A program made the translations under genes and the position numbers. Below the pieces are notes generated by a model. That model did not search any database, was not told the DNA's origin, and saw nothing but the letters and a program-made list of their open reading frames with translations. DNA of 64,000 nucleotides from Cystobasidiomycetes sp. EMM_F5. Lineage: Eukaryota. The stretch is from assembly GCA_051047955.1 (NCBI GenBank), contig JBPGPT010000008.1, positions 124,001-188,000 of the forward strand, in the 5' to 3' direction. Positions 50,701 through 63,559 of this stretch are shown piece by piece; within the stretch, counting starts at the first letter, position 1, and each line of letters starts with the position of its first letter.

Positions 50701-51722
50701 ATGACTGACAAGATTGTTCATCTGACGCGACACGCTCAGGTTGGTCGCTTTGCCGGTCGCAATCTCGGTTGTTCCTGAAATCTTCTTCAGGCCGAGCACA
50801 ACGTCGAGGAAGACTACAGTGAGACGACATACCTCAAGTCCTGTTAATCTTTTAACGCATGCTGGTCAGGCATATTCGACGCTCGCTTGACGCCCCTGGG
50901 CCGTCAACAAGCGAAGAAGCTGCATGAAACAACCAAAGACAACATTCAGAAGAGATTTCAAGTCATTGTGTCAAGCCCATTGAGGTCAATTCTCCTAAAA
51001 CTCCGCTGTGATTGGCGCTGACCCACTGTCACGTAGCCGAACACTACAAACGACCTTGGATGGATATCCAGATGCTATCGAGCGTCTCGGTGGAAAGGGC
51101 AAAATTGTCCTGTTGCCCCAAGCGCAAGAGGCAAATGATTGTGAGGAGCTCGCTTTATAGTCCCTGCCAAGTGTGACAAGGCTGACTATTACCGCCAGTG
51201 CCTTGCGACAGAGGTCGTTCACGCGCGGAGCTGGAGAAGGAGCCCGAATTCGAAGGACGTGCGTAATTTGCGGACTGAAGCATGATGTATATACGCAGAC
51301 TGACCACCGCACGTCTAGTGGACTTGTCATCACTGGTATACACTGATACTTAATACACTGTTCCCAGTAGCTGATGTAGAGGTTATGCGATGCAGACCGA
51401 TGACTGGAATTCAAAGGAAGGACAGTACGCATCCAATGTCAAGACTCTACAAGCTCGAGCCAGATATGTCCGCCGCTTCTTGCGTGACAGGCAAGAGAAG
51501 GAGCTCGTCTTGGTTGCACACGGCGATATCCTGCGATACATTGCATTTGGGAAGCAGGACGGATCACCTTGGGCAAACACTGAAACAAGATCGTATCGCT
51601 TCAAAAGTAATGACGATGATGATGCTTGGTTGAAGCAGATCGATGTGGAGGCGAAAGAAGGGACCAACGAACCGACATCCGGGGAAATGGCGTCCAATAG
51701 TCAATATCAGTACTCAAATTAG
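50701..51722 (+). CDS. Histidine phosphatase (phosphoglycerate mutase-like), paralog 1
   Basis: MTDKIVHLTRHAQ/AEHN, DARLTPLG, VSSPLSRTLQT, PCDRG and LVLVAHGDILR. Confidence 0.9.
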
Positions 51723-51867
51723 ACAGAATGAGAAAGACATGCTGTGCATGGTTGTCATTGCCTTAGAGTAGAGTAGAAACACACAGTGCCGCGTTCGACC
51801 TGGATCTCCCTCTCGCCGTTAACGGGGGACCGCTTTCCGTCTGCCCCACCCACGGACGGGCGATGTA

Positions 51868-52788
51868 ATGACCGACAAGACAATATGGCTCGGGCGTCAC
51901 AGCGAGGGCGTGCACAATATTCTTAGGTCAGAATTCCTCGCTGACCCGGGCTTGACTGCTCGCGGCCGTGAGCAATGTCGGAAGCTGGACCTCGAGACGC
52001 AGGGCAACCTTCAAACGGAAGCTGAAGTCATCATGAGCAGTCCATTGAGGTGACTAGCTCTCTCGGAAACTGACGGAAACATGGGCACTAACATGTAGAC
52101 ATTTAGGCGAGCCCTCCAGACTGCCATCCATAGCTTTCCTACGGCTCTGGCACGCCTGGGTGGCAACAAAGCCTTGGTCATTATTCCCGAAGCTCGAGAA
52201 GTCTACCTTTGTGGGTCGCATGACGCTTTGCTGGGGTGACAGAACGCTGATAGCGTGCCTTGATTCTACCTAGACCCTGCCGACATGGGGAGTACTCCTG
52301 AGAAGCTCGCTAGCGACCCTGAATTCGACGGCAGTTCGTGACAATTCCAATAGAAGATAGCGACAGCAATTTGAATGACATACTTGCATCTTACAGTCGA
52401 ATTTTCATCATTGCAAGACAAGGCCTGGATGACTAAAGTCGGATTCTACGCGACTACGGATTCTGCAATAGCCGCAAGAGCGAGGTTTGTGCGGAGAATG
52501 CTGCGGGACCGGCCTGAAAAGCACATTGTCCTACTCACACACGGAAACTTTATACGATGTCTTCTGTATGGCCGCACAAGAGGCCAATTACTTGGCAATG
52601 GCGAAATCAGGCGATATACGTTTACATCTGACACGGATGAAGAAGCTACACTCAAGGAGCTCGGTGGCATCGCGCCTGAGAACGCAGAGGAAGAAGCGAA
52701 ATTGGAACTCGCACGCAAATCTTTTGAACTAGAAATACCGACAAGATTTGCCCGCAGGCGACTAAGCAGTCCGAGCTCAAGCAACTAA
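51868..52788 (+). CDS. Histidine phosphatase (phosphoglycerate mutase-like), paralog 2
   Basis: MTDKTIWLGRHSEGVHN, DPGLTARG, SSPLRRALQT, PADMG and VLLTHGNF. Confidence 0.88.
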
Positions 52789-53016
52789 GTCACGGCATAC
52801 CCGTTTCATAGTCAGTACCTCTAAAGACTAGCGTTTCCGTGAGGTCTATACCCCCGAGATCGGCCTCAGAACCGTGAGGTTCCTTGTCGGCACGTAAAGT
52901 AGCAGTAAATGACCATGTATCTTTAGCCGGAAGTTGCGTTGATTGTTACGCAGATGTACACTTGAGAGTATGCTACCGCACTACTGATACTGTTAATAAC
53001 GATTGGCTACTACGCC

Positions 53017-54334
53017 TCACGCGACGTTTGGCACAAACACATGGCATTCCTGATCCCAGCTTGCAGTAGCGAGCACACCCGGCTCAAACATGCTCCAAGC
53101 CAGGCCAATCACAAATTCTCTGTGATCGGCATAGACGTCTGTACATCTTCCCTGGCCGTCCGGCATACCGGGTGGTGCAGGCGGAGTCGGTGCTGCGGGA
53201 AGGTTTGCCTGTGATAAGCGGTCGATGCTCCATATCCTCGCCGTCATGTCGTAGCCGGAACTCGCGATGACGTTGGGTAGGTGCGGGGACCACGCAACGC
53301 GTCTGATGGCATAATCGTGACCCAGCAAAGTAGCAATGCAGCTTCTTCCACCGTCTGCTGCAGCGGCAGGAGTAGCCATGTTGCTTGCCATACGGATATC
53401 GTGGACACGTACTGTCCTATCGACAGACCCAGTTGCAATTAGGCTTGGATGATATTTGTTCCAGTCCAGAGCGAGCACTTCGGTCGGATGTGCAGGAATG
53501 GTCAGGGCAGCCTTTGACGTCTGTCCAGGTTGTACGCTGCTTGAGCCGACCGACTTGAGGTCCCACACTTTTAGCAAGCCGTCAGCCGAGCATGAAGCCA
53601 GTGTGTCGTGCATGTGGGGCGAAAACATGGCTGCATATACGCAAGCGCCATGAGCTGCTATGGTCGTTATGGACTGTGGCAGCTCGGGGCTCCACTACTG
53701 GGTTCCAGACTAGTCAGTGAGACAGTAAATATGCCTTTAGAGTCAGCAGATCGTACCAATTTGACCTGGTGATCCCAAGACGACGAGGCAAAAGTGTCCT
53801 TGCGCAAATTGCTCCAGTCGACGCAGAATACTTCGCGAGTGTGCTCATGCCAGTTCCGTATGGGAAAGTCCTGTAAAAGCAACTATCAGCTTCCTTGCTT
53901 GCCGACGCTCTGAGCAAGCCAGACCGACCTTCAAAGCGATATCCCACAACTTGATGCTGCCATCGCCGCAGCCAGTCACTAGTTGATTCTCGTGAACTTC
54001 TGACCAAGCTACATCAAACAGGCCGTCTTGGGTGTCGAAGCTAGAGCTGAGCGTCAATCATTTGCATCTGAACCACTCGCAATCAGATACCGGCTCACTG
54101 CTTGTCGGCGGGACCGGGGCGACCATGGGCGGCGCTTCCAGGACTAAAGACATGCAGTCTCCCGTTGCCCACGAGGCCAAAGTTTTGCGACGAAGCGACT
54201 GCGACCGTGTTTGGAAAGAATGGCGAGTACGCGAGCGAGTAGCCAGCAAAGCCTGGAGTGCGAAACCGGCTCAGCAGCGCTCGCGGTGCCGCCAGACCAT
54301 CGTTGGGAGGTCGTCCTGGTGGTCCCTGCTGCAT
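53017..54334 (-). CDS. PEX7: PTS2 receptor (WD40 peroxin 7)
   Basis: RTPGFAGYSLAYSPFF, SQNFGLVGNGRL, TQDGLFDVAWSEVHENQL, EHTREVFCVDW and ATASWD. Confidence 0.96.
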
Positions 54335-54547
54335 GGCATTATTGCTCGGGAAAATATCAATAATAATGGCACTTGGTTATGAGTCGGGAAAGAAGAACGC
54401 CGGCTTGACCTTTCGGCAATCTTATCATAACCCGACTGTTGGATCGCGAGCTGCGACGCTTTAGATGCATGGACCCTGGCTGACCGGACCACTGGGAACT
54501 GCGATACTGACCGGACAACGTAGCCCGACTGCCTTCCTACGCCGCTA

Positions 54548-55642
54548 ATGGTCCAAACGAGGCGACCGGAGTCCCGCAATCAATCCAAGATGACCGGGAA
54601 CGGGGGGAAACATTCAAACCATTCTGTGCTCCACCTGGATGCAGAGTTCCGTCGAAGAATACTGGCAATCACCGCCGAGAGCCTGGTGAAGCAGTCCGGT
54701 CTCGTTGACAGCCCAAAGATACGGCTACTGGACAATGCAACAACGTTTGCCAGTGTCGCGAATCTCGTGTCGGTAATGGGCGCAAGAGGAGACCTCGCAG
54801 CGGCAGGAAAGAACTTGCAGCTGACAGCGACGACGCACCTCGAGTCGGACCCCGCGTTTGGCTTTGACGACTTGGTCAAATTGTCGCGGAAGGCTGGATG
54901 GGACAATGTGCAGTTCAAACGAGCAGATATGACGGTCAGTGGGATCTGATTCGGCTCCACGTCCGCCAGCTGATTATTTTGCAAGAACATGCCCTTTGCT
55001 CGTGGCGCTTTCAACTTTGTATTCACAAATCTAGGCATGCTATTCTGTCCAGATGACGACGCTGCAGTCAAGGGCAAGCGTTCTTCAAATTACCATCGGT
55101 CTTGTAGCTGACTCCGTTTACCAGAAATATATCGGACACTTTGCCACGACGGCGTTGCGGGTTTTGCATCGTGGAAAACGATTGGCAAATTGCGTGTAAC
55201 GAACAGCAAGGACTCCGATGAGGCGGATGAAGTGCTTTCCGATCCTCTATCTCTCTTTCCTGCAAGTCAATGGCGTGACCCACAATACGTTCGCGCAAAA
55301 CTCACCAAGCATGGCTTTACCGATATCCAACTAACGGAAAAGCTGGTCGTCGTAGCAGACGTGGCTCCTTCTGCTACTCAAGCCGTCAATGCAAGTATCG
55401 TACAGAATGCACTGGCCGTCATGCTACACCAAGACTCGGAGGCCGGTACTTTTGATGATATGGCTGAAGTGTTAATGGAGGAGCTCCGCAATCGGGACTA
55501 TGAAGGTACTTCGATTGCATACATTATTACCGCCAGGAAACCTGCATCAACGATGTCTCCTATGTCGCCCTCTTCTCCTTCGCCTATGACGAGCCCGCAG
55601 CTCCCTTTGAGCCCTCCGCTCCCCTCGTCGCCGCGCGTGTAG
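54548..55642 (+). CDS. Class I SAM-dependent methyltransferase-like protein with degenerate motif I
   Basis: RLLDNATT, AGWDNV...ADM, MPFARGAFNFVFTNLGM, EIYRTLCHDGVAGFASW and L..HGFTDI. The start could be 54590. Confidence 0.7.
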
Positions 55643-56003
55643 GCTAGGCTAGAGTGCCGGTGTATGTGTCTGGTAGAGAAGTGCTCAGATAAAGTAGTGA
55701 AAGTTAAGGAGATGGAAGGGACGTGGTTAGAAGTTTCCGGGGAAGTGCTCAAACTGAACAGTCAAGAGTTAGGAAATGAAGGCGATTTGAATAGAAGTTT
55801 GTGGTTCAATATGTCGTGTAGGGAGGGTTGTAGTATTTCGTAGAAGCCCGGAGGGAAGCAGTTCTGGACGTGTTGGTGTCAATGGTGGCGTTTTTTGTAA
55901 TCAAGTCACTTACCCAGACTTGCAAGACTGCAAATGACCAACACCTGCTTCACATTCTGCATTCTGGCCTGCCTGTACTAGTCTGATACCGTGCTCGCTC
56001 AGC

Positions 56004-58877
56004 ATGCAGGGGCTTTCCGAGGACAGATATGCGTTTCTGCGCATGGAAGGTGAGGCCAACCTGACAAGCCCGCAGTGCAAGCAATGGCCGCAGAAATCGC
56101 TGAATGTTTCGTTCTGAATTGCAGCCCCTCCGTCCTATGTTGCTGGGTTCGGACGAGGAGCTGGCGGTTTCACGACTCGTTCAGACATTGGTCCAGCAAG
56201 AGAGGGCCCAACATCGTCTGAGGCAGCTGCAGCCGCCGAAGCGGGCGAAGAGGACGATGGGGGAAGATATCAGGATCCTGAGAATGAGACTGGCCTGTTT
56301 GCGGGAACGCCGTACGACGCAGACGACCAGGAAGCAGACGATATTTACGAAAGTGTCGAACGGCAAATGGACGAACGTCGACGTGCAAGACGAGAGAAGC
56401 GGGAGCGCGAAGAAGCAGAAAAGGAACGCAAAGAGCGACCACCGATACAAGAGCAATTCTCGGATCTGAAAAGAGGCCTGTCGGCAATGTCGGACGACCA
56501 ATGGGCAGCATTGCCAGACGCAGTCAATCTGACAGGCAAACGGAGAAAGAAGACGGAGGATAGGTTCGCAGGCCGCTCCTATGCGGTCCCTGATAGTATA
56601 TTGGTCGGAGCCCGCAATTCCAACGCACTCGAATCCAGCTTGTCAGATCAGCAAATGGTGGGGAATCGCTTAATTGCAATATTTGAGGATACAGCACTAA
56701 CATGCACGTCCACGTATCTCCAGGACGGCGGACTTATGACACCAGCAGAAGGCGGAGTAACAAACTTGGTTGAAATCGGTGAAGCGCGAAACAAGGTGTT
56801 GGGACTGTCTCTGGACAAGATGCAAGAGAGCGGAACTGCCACATCTATCGACACCAAAGGCTACCTAACCGACCTGGACAGCGTTGTTACCAAGACTCAG
56901 ACGGAGATTGGAGATACCAAGCGAGCGAGAACATTGTTCGCTTCGCTCATAAAGAGTAACCCGAAGCATGCACCTGGGTGGATTGCTGCTGCGTCCCTGG
57001 AAGCTATCGATGGACGTATGGTCGCCGCCCGCAAGCTGATTGCAGAAGGCTGTCAACAATGTCCAAAGTCAGAAGAGATCTGGCTCGCCAATGCGTCTCT
57101 CAACACTAGCGACAACGCAAAGATTGTGTTAGGTCAGGCAGTCAAGCACTTGCCGGAATCAGTCAACATATGGCTAGCTGCCGCTGATCTGGAAGGCGAC
57201 CCACCTGGCAAGAAGAACGTACTCCGTAAAGCGCTCACCTACATACCCAATAGTGTCAAGCTTTGGAAAGCTGCCGTCAGTCTCGAAGAGCAGCAGTCGG
57301 ATGCTCGCATTCTGCTTGCGGAAGCAGTAAAATTGATACCGCATTCCGTTGAATTATGGCTCACACTTGCTCGCTTGGAAGTACCGCTGAAAGCGAGACA
57401 GGTCTTGAATCAGGCTCGTAAGGCTGTTCCCACTTCTCACGACATCTGGATCGCAGCCTGTCGCTTGCAAGAACAAGAAGGCCAAGGAGACGTTGTCGAT
57501 GCGTTGATGGGCAATGCAGTGGCTTCTTTGCGAAAGAATGGTGTGGAGATGCCAAGAGAGCAATGGCTAAAGGAAGCAGCAAAGTGTGAGGGCAATGGTA
57601 GCATAGCAACTGCTCAAGCCATCATCAAGACGACCATCCATATAGACGTTGACGAGGAGGACCGTTTTGATAAATGGCAAGAAGATGCCAGGGACATGCT
57701 GAAGATTGACAAACCAGAATGCGCGCGGGCTATATACGCGTACGCACTGCAAGTCTTCCCCTACAGCGCCGATATCTGGAACGAAGCTGCCGATCTCGAA
57801 AAGAGACATGGATCGCGCGAGGCATATCTGGCTCTTCTGGCAAAATCCGTACAATCATGTCCGCACGAGAACTTGTTGTGGCTGAAAGCGGCCAAAGAGT
57901 GCTGGCTTGCTGGCGATATACCGAGGGCGCGCCAAATTCTCACAGATGCTTTCGCTGCCAACCCGGATAGTGAGCCAATTTGGCTTGCAGCGGTCAAGCT
58001 CGAAGCAGAAAACAACGAGATTGGTGCAGCTCGAAGCATCATGTTCCGAGCGAGGACAATGGCTGGTACAGAACGGATATGGATGAAGTCTGCCGTCTTC
58101 GAGCGGCAGCATGGAACAGCAGCCGATGCACTTTTAACGGTCAACGAAGCGATCGCCAAGTTTCCGAATTTCGACAAGCTGTACATGACGAAAGGGCAGC
58201 TTCTCACGTCGGAAGGCGATATCTCGGGAGCGCGGGAAACGTATGCCGCCGGGGTCAAGCGATGTCCAAACTCGATACCCCTGTGGATCTTGTCTTCTCG
58301 TTTAGAAGAGTCTGCTGGGTTAGCCATCAAGTCACGAGCAATATTAGAGAAGGCACGCCTGTACAACAAGAAGAGCGACGAAATATGGATGGAATCGGTC
58401 AAAGTTGAGGAGCGCGCTGGTAACATTGCTCAGGCGAAATCTTTGATGGCAAGATCGCTACAAGAAAGCCCCGCTTCCGGTCTGTTATGGTCGGAATCCG
58501 TTTGGATGGAGCCGAGGCCGGCGCGCAAGACCAAAATGTTGGACGCTCTCAAGAAAGCAAACAATGACCCGCGAGTAGTACTCACAATTGCTCGCGTCTT
58601 CTGGTCGGAACGTAAGCTGGACAAGGCGAGATCATGGCTCGAGAAGGCGGCGGCAGCGGATCCCGATATGGGCGAGATATGGGCTTGGTGGTTGAGATTT
58701 GAGCAGCAACACGGTACGCAAGAACAGCAAAAGGCAGTCATTGACAAGTGCGTGCAGGCCGAGCCAAAACACGGGCCGCTTTGGCAGAGCGTTTCGAAAG
58801 ACCCAAAGCAGGTCGGCAAAACAACCGAACAAGTACTCAAGATAGTTTCCAGTCAGCTGGACAAGGTCGCTCCATGA
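56004..58877 (+). CDS. PRP6: Pre-mRNA splicing factor Prp6 (S. pombe Prp1), HAT/TPR repeats
   Basis: APPSYVAGFGRGAGGFTTRSDIGPARE, IQEQFSDLKRGL, IDTKGYLTDL and NPKHAPGWIAAA. Confidence 0.97.
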
Positions 58878-59149
58878 GCATGCGTGTGTCTACGGGCAAC
58901 GTTCGTCATCCCCAACCGCATCATCAGTGTATCGTTTGCAGTATTCAGTGGTGTCAAGACATTCGGGGCAGTGCATTGCAGTCAGTTGCTGTCTATACGA
59001 CTTGCGTGTTGTACCAGGGAGTTTCTTGTACTGCTCGTGGGGAAATAACCAAGTCTCGCTTATCGTGTATCGGTGTCATAGACCGTCAATTGAAATTGAC
59101 TGGAACGCGCCTTGGCTTCATACGTCTGAATACTCTGGATCCGCCAGCT

Positions 59150-60262
59150 ATGAGTGGACTATTGCGGGCGTACAAGTGCGCTCACGACCTGGTAACTCTC
59201 GAAAAAGTCAACAACTGACGTCGATATACATTTCGTCGGGCTGCAAGCTCGGCGCTGGCACGCCGTCCGAAGACGACGCAAATGGCGTCCGTAAGCTGAC
59301 ATCCCTCCAACAAAGTCGATGCGGCGGACTGATGTGGAGCTTCCATAGGCCGCCGTGCTGTTTGGAGCTGGTGATGTTCTAGCCCAGCAGGGTGTCGAAA
59401 AGAAGGGCCTGCGGGGTCACGATGTAAATTGCCAGATCTTCAGCTGAGGTGCGATCCCCTAAAAGCTTCTCTCCGTCAGCTCTTGAGGACAACTCGAATC
59501 GCTTTTTACGGCGGCTGCATCTTTGCTCCAATCATTGTTCGAACAACGACGGTCAAACTCCGATACTACATACTGAAACTACCTTGTTGAATGCAGATGC
59601 CGTGGTTCAGGACTTTGGAACGGATACAGCTTAAGAGCAAAGTATTGACAACAGCTGTCCGGGTGTGTCTAACCATCCTGAAATGCGGGAGTAGCACTGA
59701 TATCAGATGTCAATAACGCACAGGTTGGCGCTGATCAGCTTATCGCGGCGCCTTGTCTGGTCGCCCTATTCTTCACGGCAATGCCGATTCTCGAGGGCAG
59801 GCCTGAGGAAATACGAGAGAGACTGACAACCGTCAGTGTGGCACTTCAGAATCATGAGCAAGCTGAGCAGAGTTTCTGCAGAAATGGCAACCTACTCTGT
59901 TGAAGAACTGGATGGTCTTTGTTCCGACTCAAGCAATAAAGTGAGAGCCCTATGCTGATGTAATGCTGAACGCACATTGCTGATACCAAGCGGACTTGCA
60001 GTATGAGCATAGTGCCTCCGCCTTTACGCCTACTGGTAATCAACGTGGTGTCGTGAGTATGGCAAATGTCGAATAGCTGTGTTCAAAGCTGACTACTTTG
60101 GATGTTCTAGGCTGTTCTGGAGTCCGTGTTGCACACATATCGATCAAGCTAGTACTGATTCTTGCAATCTCACTTATAGACACGTATCTTTCCTGGGCAA
60201 ATTCGAGCGCTGCTACAATCGAGAATGCCGAAAGAGTACTCCCATCGAAAGTTCTTGCATGA
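59150..60262 (+). CDS. SYM1: Mpv17/PMP22 family membrane protein
   Basis: MSGLLRAYNSALARRP, AAVLFGAGDVLAQQG, RIAFYGG, FFTAMPILEG, VPPPLRLLVINVV and LFWNTYLSWAN across many short exons. Confidence 0.88.
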
Positions 60263-60312
60263 ACTCGGGCTCTGTACACGCATGATTGGTCAGATCTGTG
60301 ACCGTGACATCT

Positions 60313-62294
60313 TCATTCACCGGCGAATGCCGTGACCAAGCTAGCTACAAGCGTATCGACATTCCCTCTCAGTTTTGCCGACATGGGCAGCACCAGTCGT
60401 TCCACGCCATCGTCGTTATTCCATTCTTGCACTAGATCTCGCAAGCCTTGTAGTTTAGATCGCATAGAGTCTACATCGTCAGCCTTGTCGGCCTTGTTTG
60501 CAACAACCAGACGAGCTCTGCCGCTCAGGCCCGGCTTGTACGCCTCGAGCTCTTGTCTCAGGACCGCGAGGTCTCTAGCTGGTTGCCTCGAAGAGAGATC
60601 AATGACATAGACAAGCAGTTTCGATCTTTCGATATGCCGCAAAAAGTCGTGGCCTAGACCGACATTGTCTGAAGCGTTGGGCAGCAAACCGGGACAGTCT
60701 GCGATAGTAAGGCGGAGCTTCTCTTGGCGTGCTATGTTGTATGTCGGGCGACCACTTCTATCGCGAATCGAGTCGGTAAAGCCGATTGTGTTTGAGTCTT
60801 GAATCGGGGCAAAGGCATTGATGGTCGAGTACGATCCGTCATCGTAGATGATGAGCGTACCAATCTGAGGCGAAAGCGTCGTGAAGGCATAGGATGCGAT
60901 GATGGTCTTGCTAAAGGTGAGGCTGCGAAGTATGGTACTGCATAAGATAGTATAAGCTGCAATTGCGGCGAGACTCATCAGTGAATACGTTTGTTTACCT
61001 CTTTCCAGCATTCGGCAGGCCGACCAAGCCAACATCGGCAAGTGTTTTCAGCTCAAACTCGAGGCGGAGCGGTTCAGGTCGTAGCCCGCGAGTTGCAAAG
61101 CGGGGATTACGAAGATCGTTTGTCGCAAAATAAGGGTTGCCGAAACCTCCTTGACCACCTTGTGCAATCAGAATCTTCGCATCGGCAGATGCTATGCTGG
61201 GCGTGATTGGGACTGTCTCGAGCGATGAGGGTGTTTCATCGAAGTCTAGTTGTAACGGCGGTCTGGACAGTGATGCTATTTGCCGCCTTCTTTCGTCCTC
61301 CAACAGACTAATTTCGAGGTCTTGCACTTCTTTTGTATCGAGAAAAGTCTCATCATCCGTCAGACCAGGGAAAAGCACAAAGAGATTTCTTCGACGTTCG
61401 CGTGCGGCTGTCGGGTCATCGGTCCGCTCTGCTCGCATACGCCTCCGCCATGCATTGAGAGACAGGTTCAGGAGATTGTCGGTGTTGTCGTCGTGCATGT
61501 CCTGCTCGGCTTGTATTTCGCGGACGACAGTTCCATACGGCACTTCGATGACGAGGTCTTGCCCTCGTTTCCCATGCCGCCATGAGCCTTGACCCGGAAG
61601 GCCATTTCCAGCCTTCATTTCTTTCGTCAATCCAGATAGAGAAGAGAGCTCTTCGACCGGCTGTATGTAGACGTTTCCTCCTTGACCGCCATTTCCGCCA
61701 GAAGCTGTAGAGTCGCCCAGTCAGCTTTGCGCGATGACGCTCCAGTATCATAGTGACGCACGACCGCCGAGAGCGACAAATTTCTCGCTGTGAAAGGCGA
61801 CTCCGCCATCGCCTTGCATCGCGATTGACATTAGCCAAGCAGGAGGGCAGCTGCGTTAAATTGCATACCTCCTTTGCCTGAAAAGCACAATTGTCAGGAG
61901 ATAGGACACGATGTGTTTACTTTTGCGACTCACCAGCTGAGACCTGCACCCGGATCTTGTCGACAAAGTCCTGATGCTACGGTCGCAATACATTGTAAAT
62001 CTACCCCTTATACGATGGATCCTGGCTCAATTTGCAACGCACCCGCTTCACCACCCGCTTCTTTGACTTTAGTATCCGAGCTGTCAGCTGCCTTGCAACG
62101 CGCTGGTCGTGGTAATCCTGCTCGAGGAGGTCGTCCTGGGTGACTGCTGATGTTGAAGCGAAACTCGACGAGCACCGGGCGGGGAGATGGCTTCCGAGTC
62201 GGCTCTCGAGGTGGTCATGATGATGATGATGATATCTGGTCACAGCTCTGAAGCGGCTGCAGCATTTTGCAGCTCGTAGGTATATGGTTTCCAT
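60313..62294 (-). CDS. MTG2: Mitochondrial Obg-family GTPase
   Basis: GGNGGQGGNVY, GQDLVIEVPYGT, GGQGGFGNPYF, ELKTLADVGLVGLPNAGK, YAFTTL, IADCPG, GLGHDFLRHIER and NKAD. Confidence 0.93.
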
Positions 62295-62358
62295 ACTTCA
62301 GATTGGTCAAGTAATTGAACAAGAAGCGACTTTAGAACTGCTCGGATACGGGACAAAT

Positions 62359-63559
62359 ATGTTGAAAAGTGTTATTACTACCGCTCATCAAACATGGCAT
62401 CCTACATCAAGGCTGGCGGTCATCCTACGCAATCGCACTCAATGCCGTCACTTTCGGACTTTGTCAACGAGGTCATTTACCCCAAAAGTGGTCCCAAGGG
62501 TGGCCTTGAATTCGCTAACGACAGACACTTCTGTCCAAGAATTCATGCAAAGAGCTAGGGAAACGCCCATTCACATCGTTCCGGGCTCATCTGGCACTTC
62601 TCAAGATTACGGCGCAGTGCTGCGGGATTTGGCTGACGACCCGGACGCGTCGCAGTGCGTAGTAGAGCTCGAGGTCGGACGCTACGACAAGGACGTTCAG
62701 AAAGTGCAACTGCCGCTGTCCTTCTACCTGGATTGGCTCGTTCGAGGCGACGAGTCTGGCCAGATGAACGGAAAGCAGGTCTATCTTGCTCAATGGCGTG
62801 GTCTTCAGGATGTCAGTTAGATTCACACAGCTTTTCATGTAGCTCGCTGATCGATCCAGCAGATACCCGCACTCCGGCAAAGCCTTGGCCCGCCCAGTTT
62901 TCTGCAGACACTGTGAGTACATGTTCCTGCAGGCACATGCATATCGCACTTACAACGATGATTGCTCGCAGATTTGATGGCGGGACAGCTGATCTGTACC
63001 AAGCTTCGTGCTTTGTCGGACCATCTGGAGCTGTTAGTCGAAGTTATCACTATCTCGGCATAGCCAAGCTGATGTTGCCTCGGATCCGCAGATGACTCCC
63101 CTGCACTACGATCCATACGTCAATCTGTTTCGCCTAGCAGACTGCAGTGATGCAACGGCGGGCAAGCATTTCACTATCTTGCCCCCTTCCCCATCGGTAT
63201 CGGCAATCTTGTCGAGAGGAGGGAGTGGGCATTTGCAGAATACATCGCCGGTCGAGCTCGAATTGTGCGGTCGTCTGCAAGAAGGTCACGTTGACGATGT
63301 CATAATGTCGCCAGATTCGCCAAGCCGCTCACACTTCGACACGATTGCCGGAGAAGCATTTGGTGTCACGCTCAGAAAGGGCGAAATGCTGCTACTTCCA
63401 CATAGATGGTGGCATCGAGTCCAGAACCTCGGCAGTAAGCAGAGCTGGACTGCAGGTGTCGGGTATTGGTTTCGTTTCAGGGAAAACACGTCTGCGGCAG
63501 TCTTGCATACGCCTCATACGACAAGCATCAAGGAGCCTCGAGTGCGCCAGATTTCGTAG
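62359..63559 (+). CDS. JmjC/cupin-like 2-oxoglutarate/Fe(II) oxygenase
   Basis: VELEVG.Y, YLAQW, VGPSGA, TPLHYDPYVNL (HxD) and GEMLLLPHRWWHRV. Start uncertain (62284 or 62359). Confidence 0.85.

Noticed and set aside
51790..51860. GTTCGA box and short hairpin as a possible tRNA
   Set aside because: It cannot be folded into a cloverleaf and no A box is evident.
56658..56723. In-frame 66-nt insertion in the PRP6 ORF
   Set aside because: It is an ordinary GT-AG intron with a CTAAC branch point that happens to be stop-free, in a variable region.
57761..58426. Long antisense ORFs opposite PRP6 (similar ones occur opposite other genes)
   Set aside because: Shadow ORFs expected from codon structure at this GC content.
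62216..62233. ATG/CAT microsatellite giving a His run in the MTG2 N-terminus
   Set aside because: Short low-complexity tract in the presequence region with no evidence of function.
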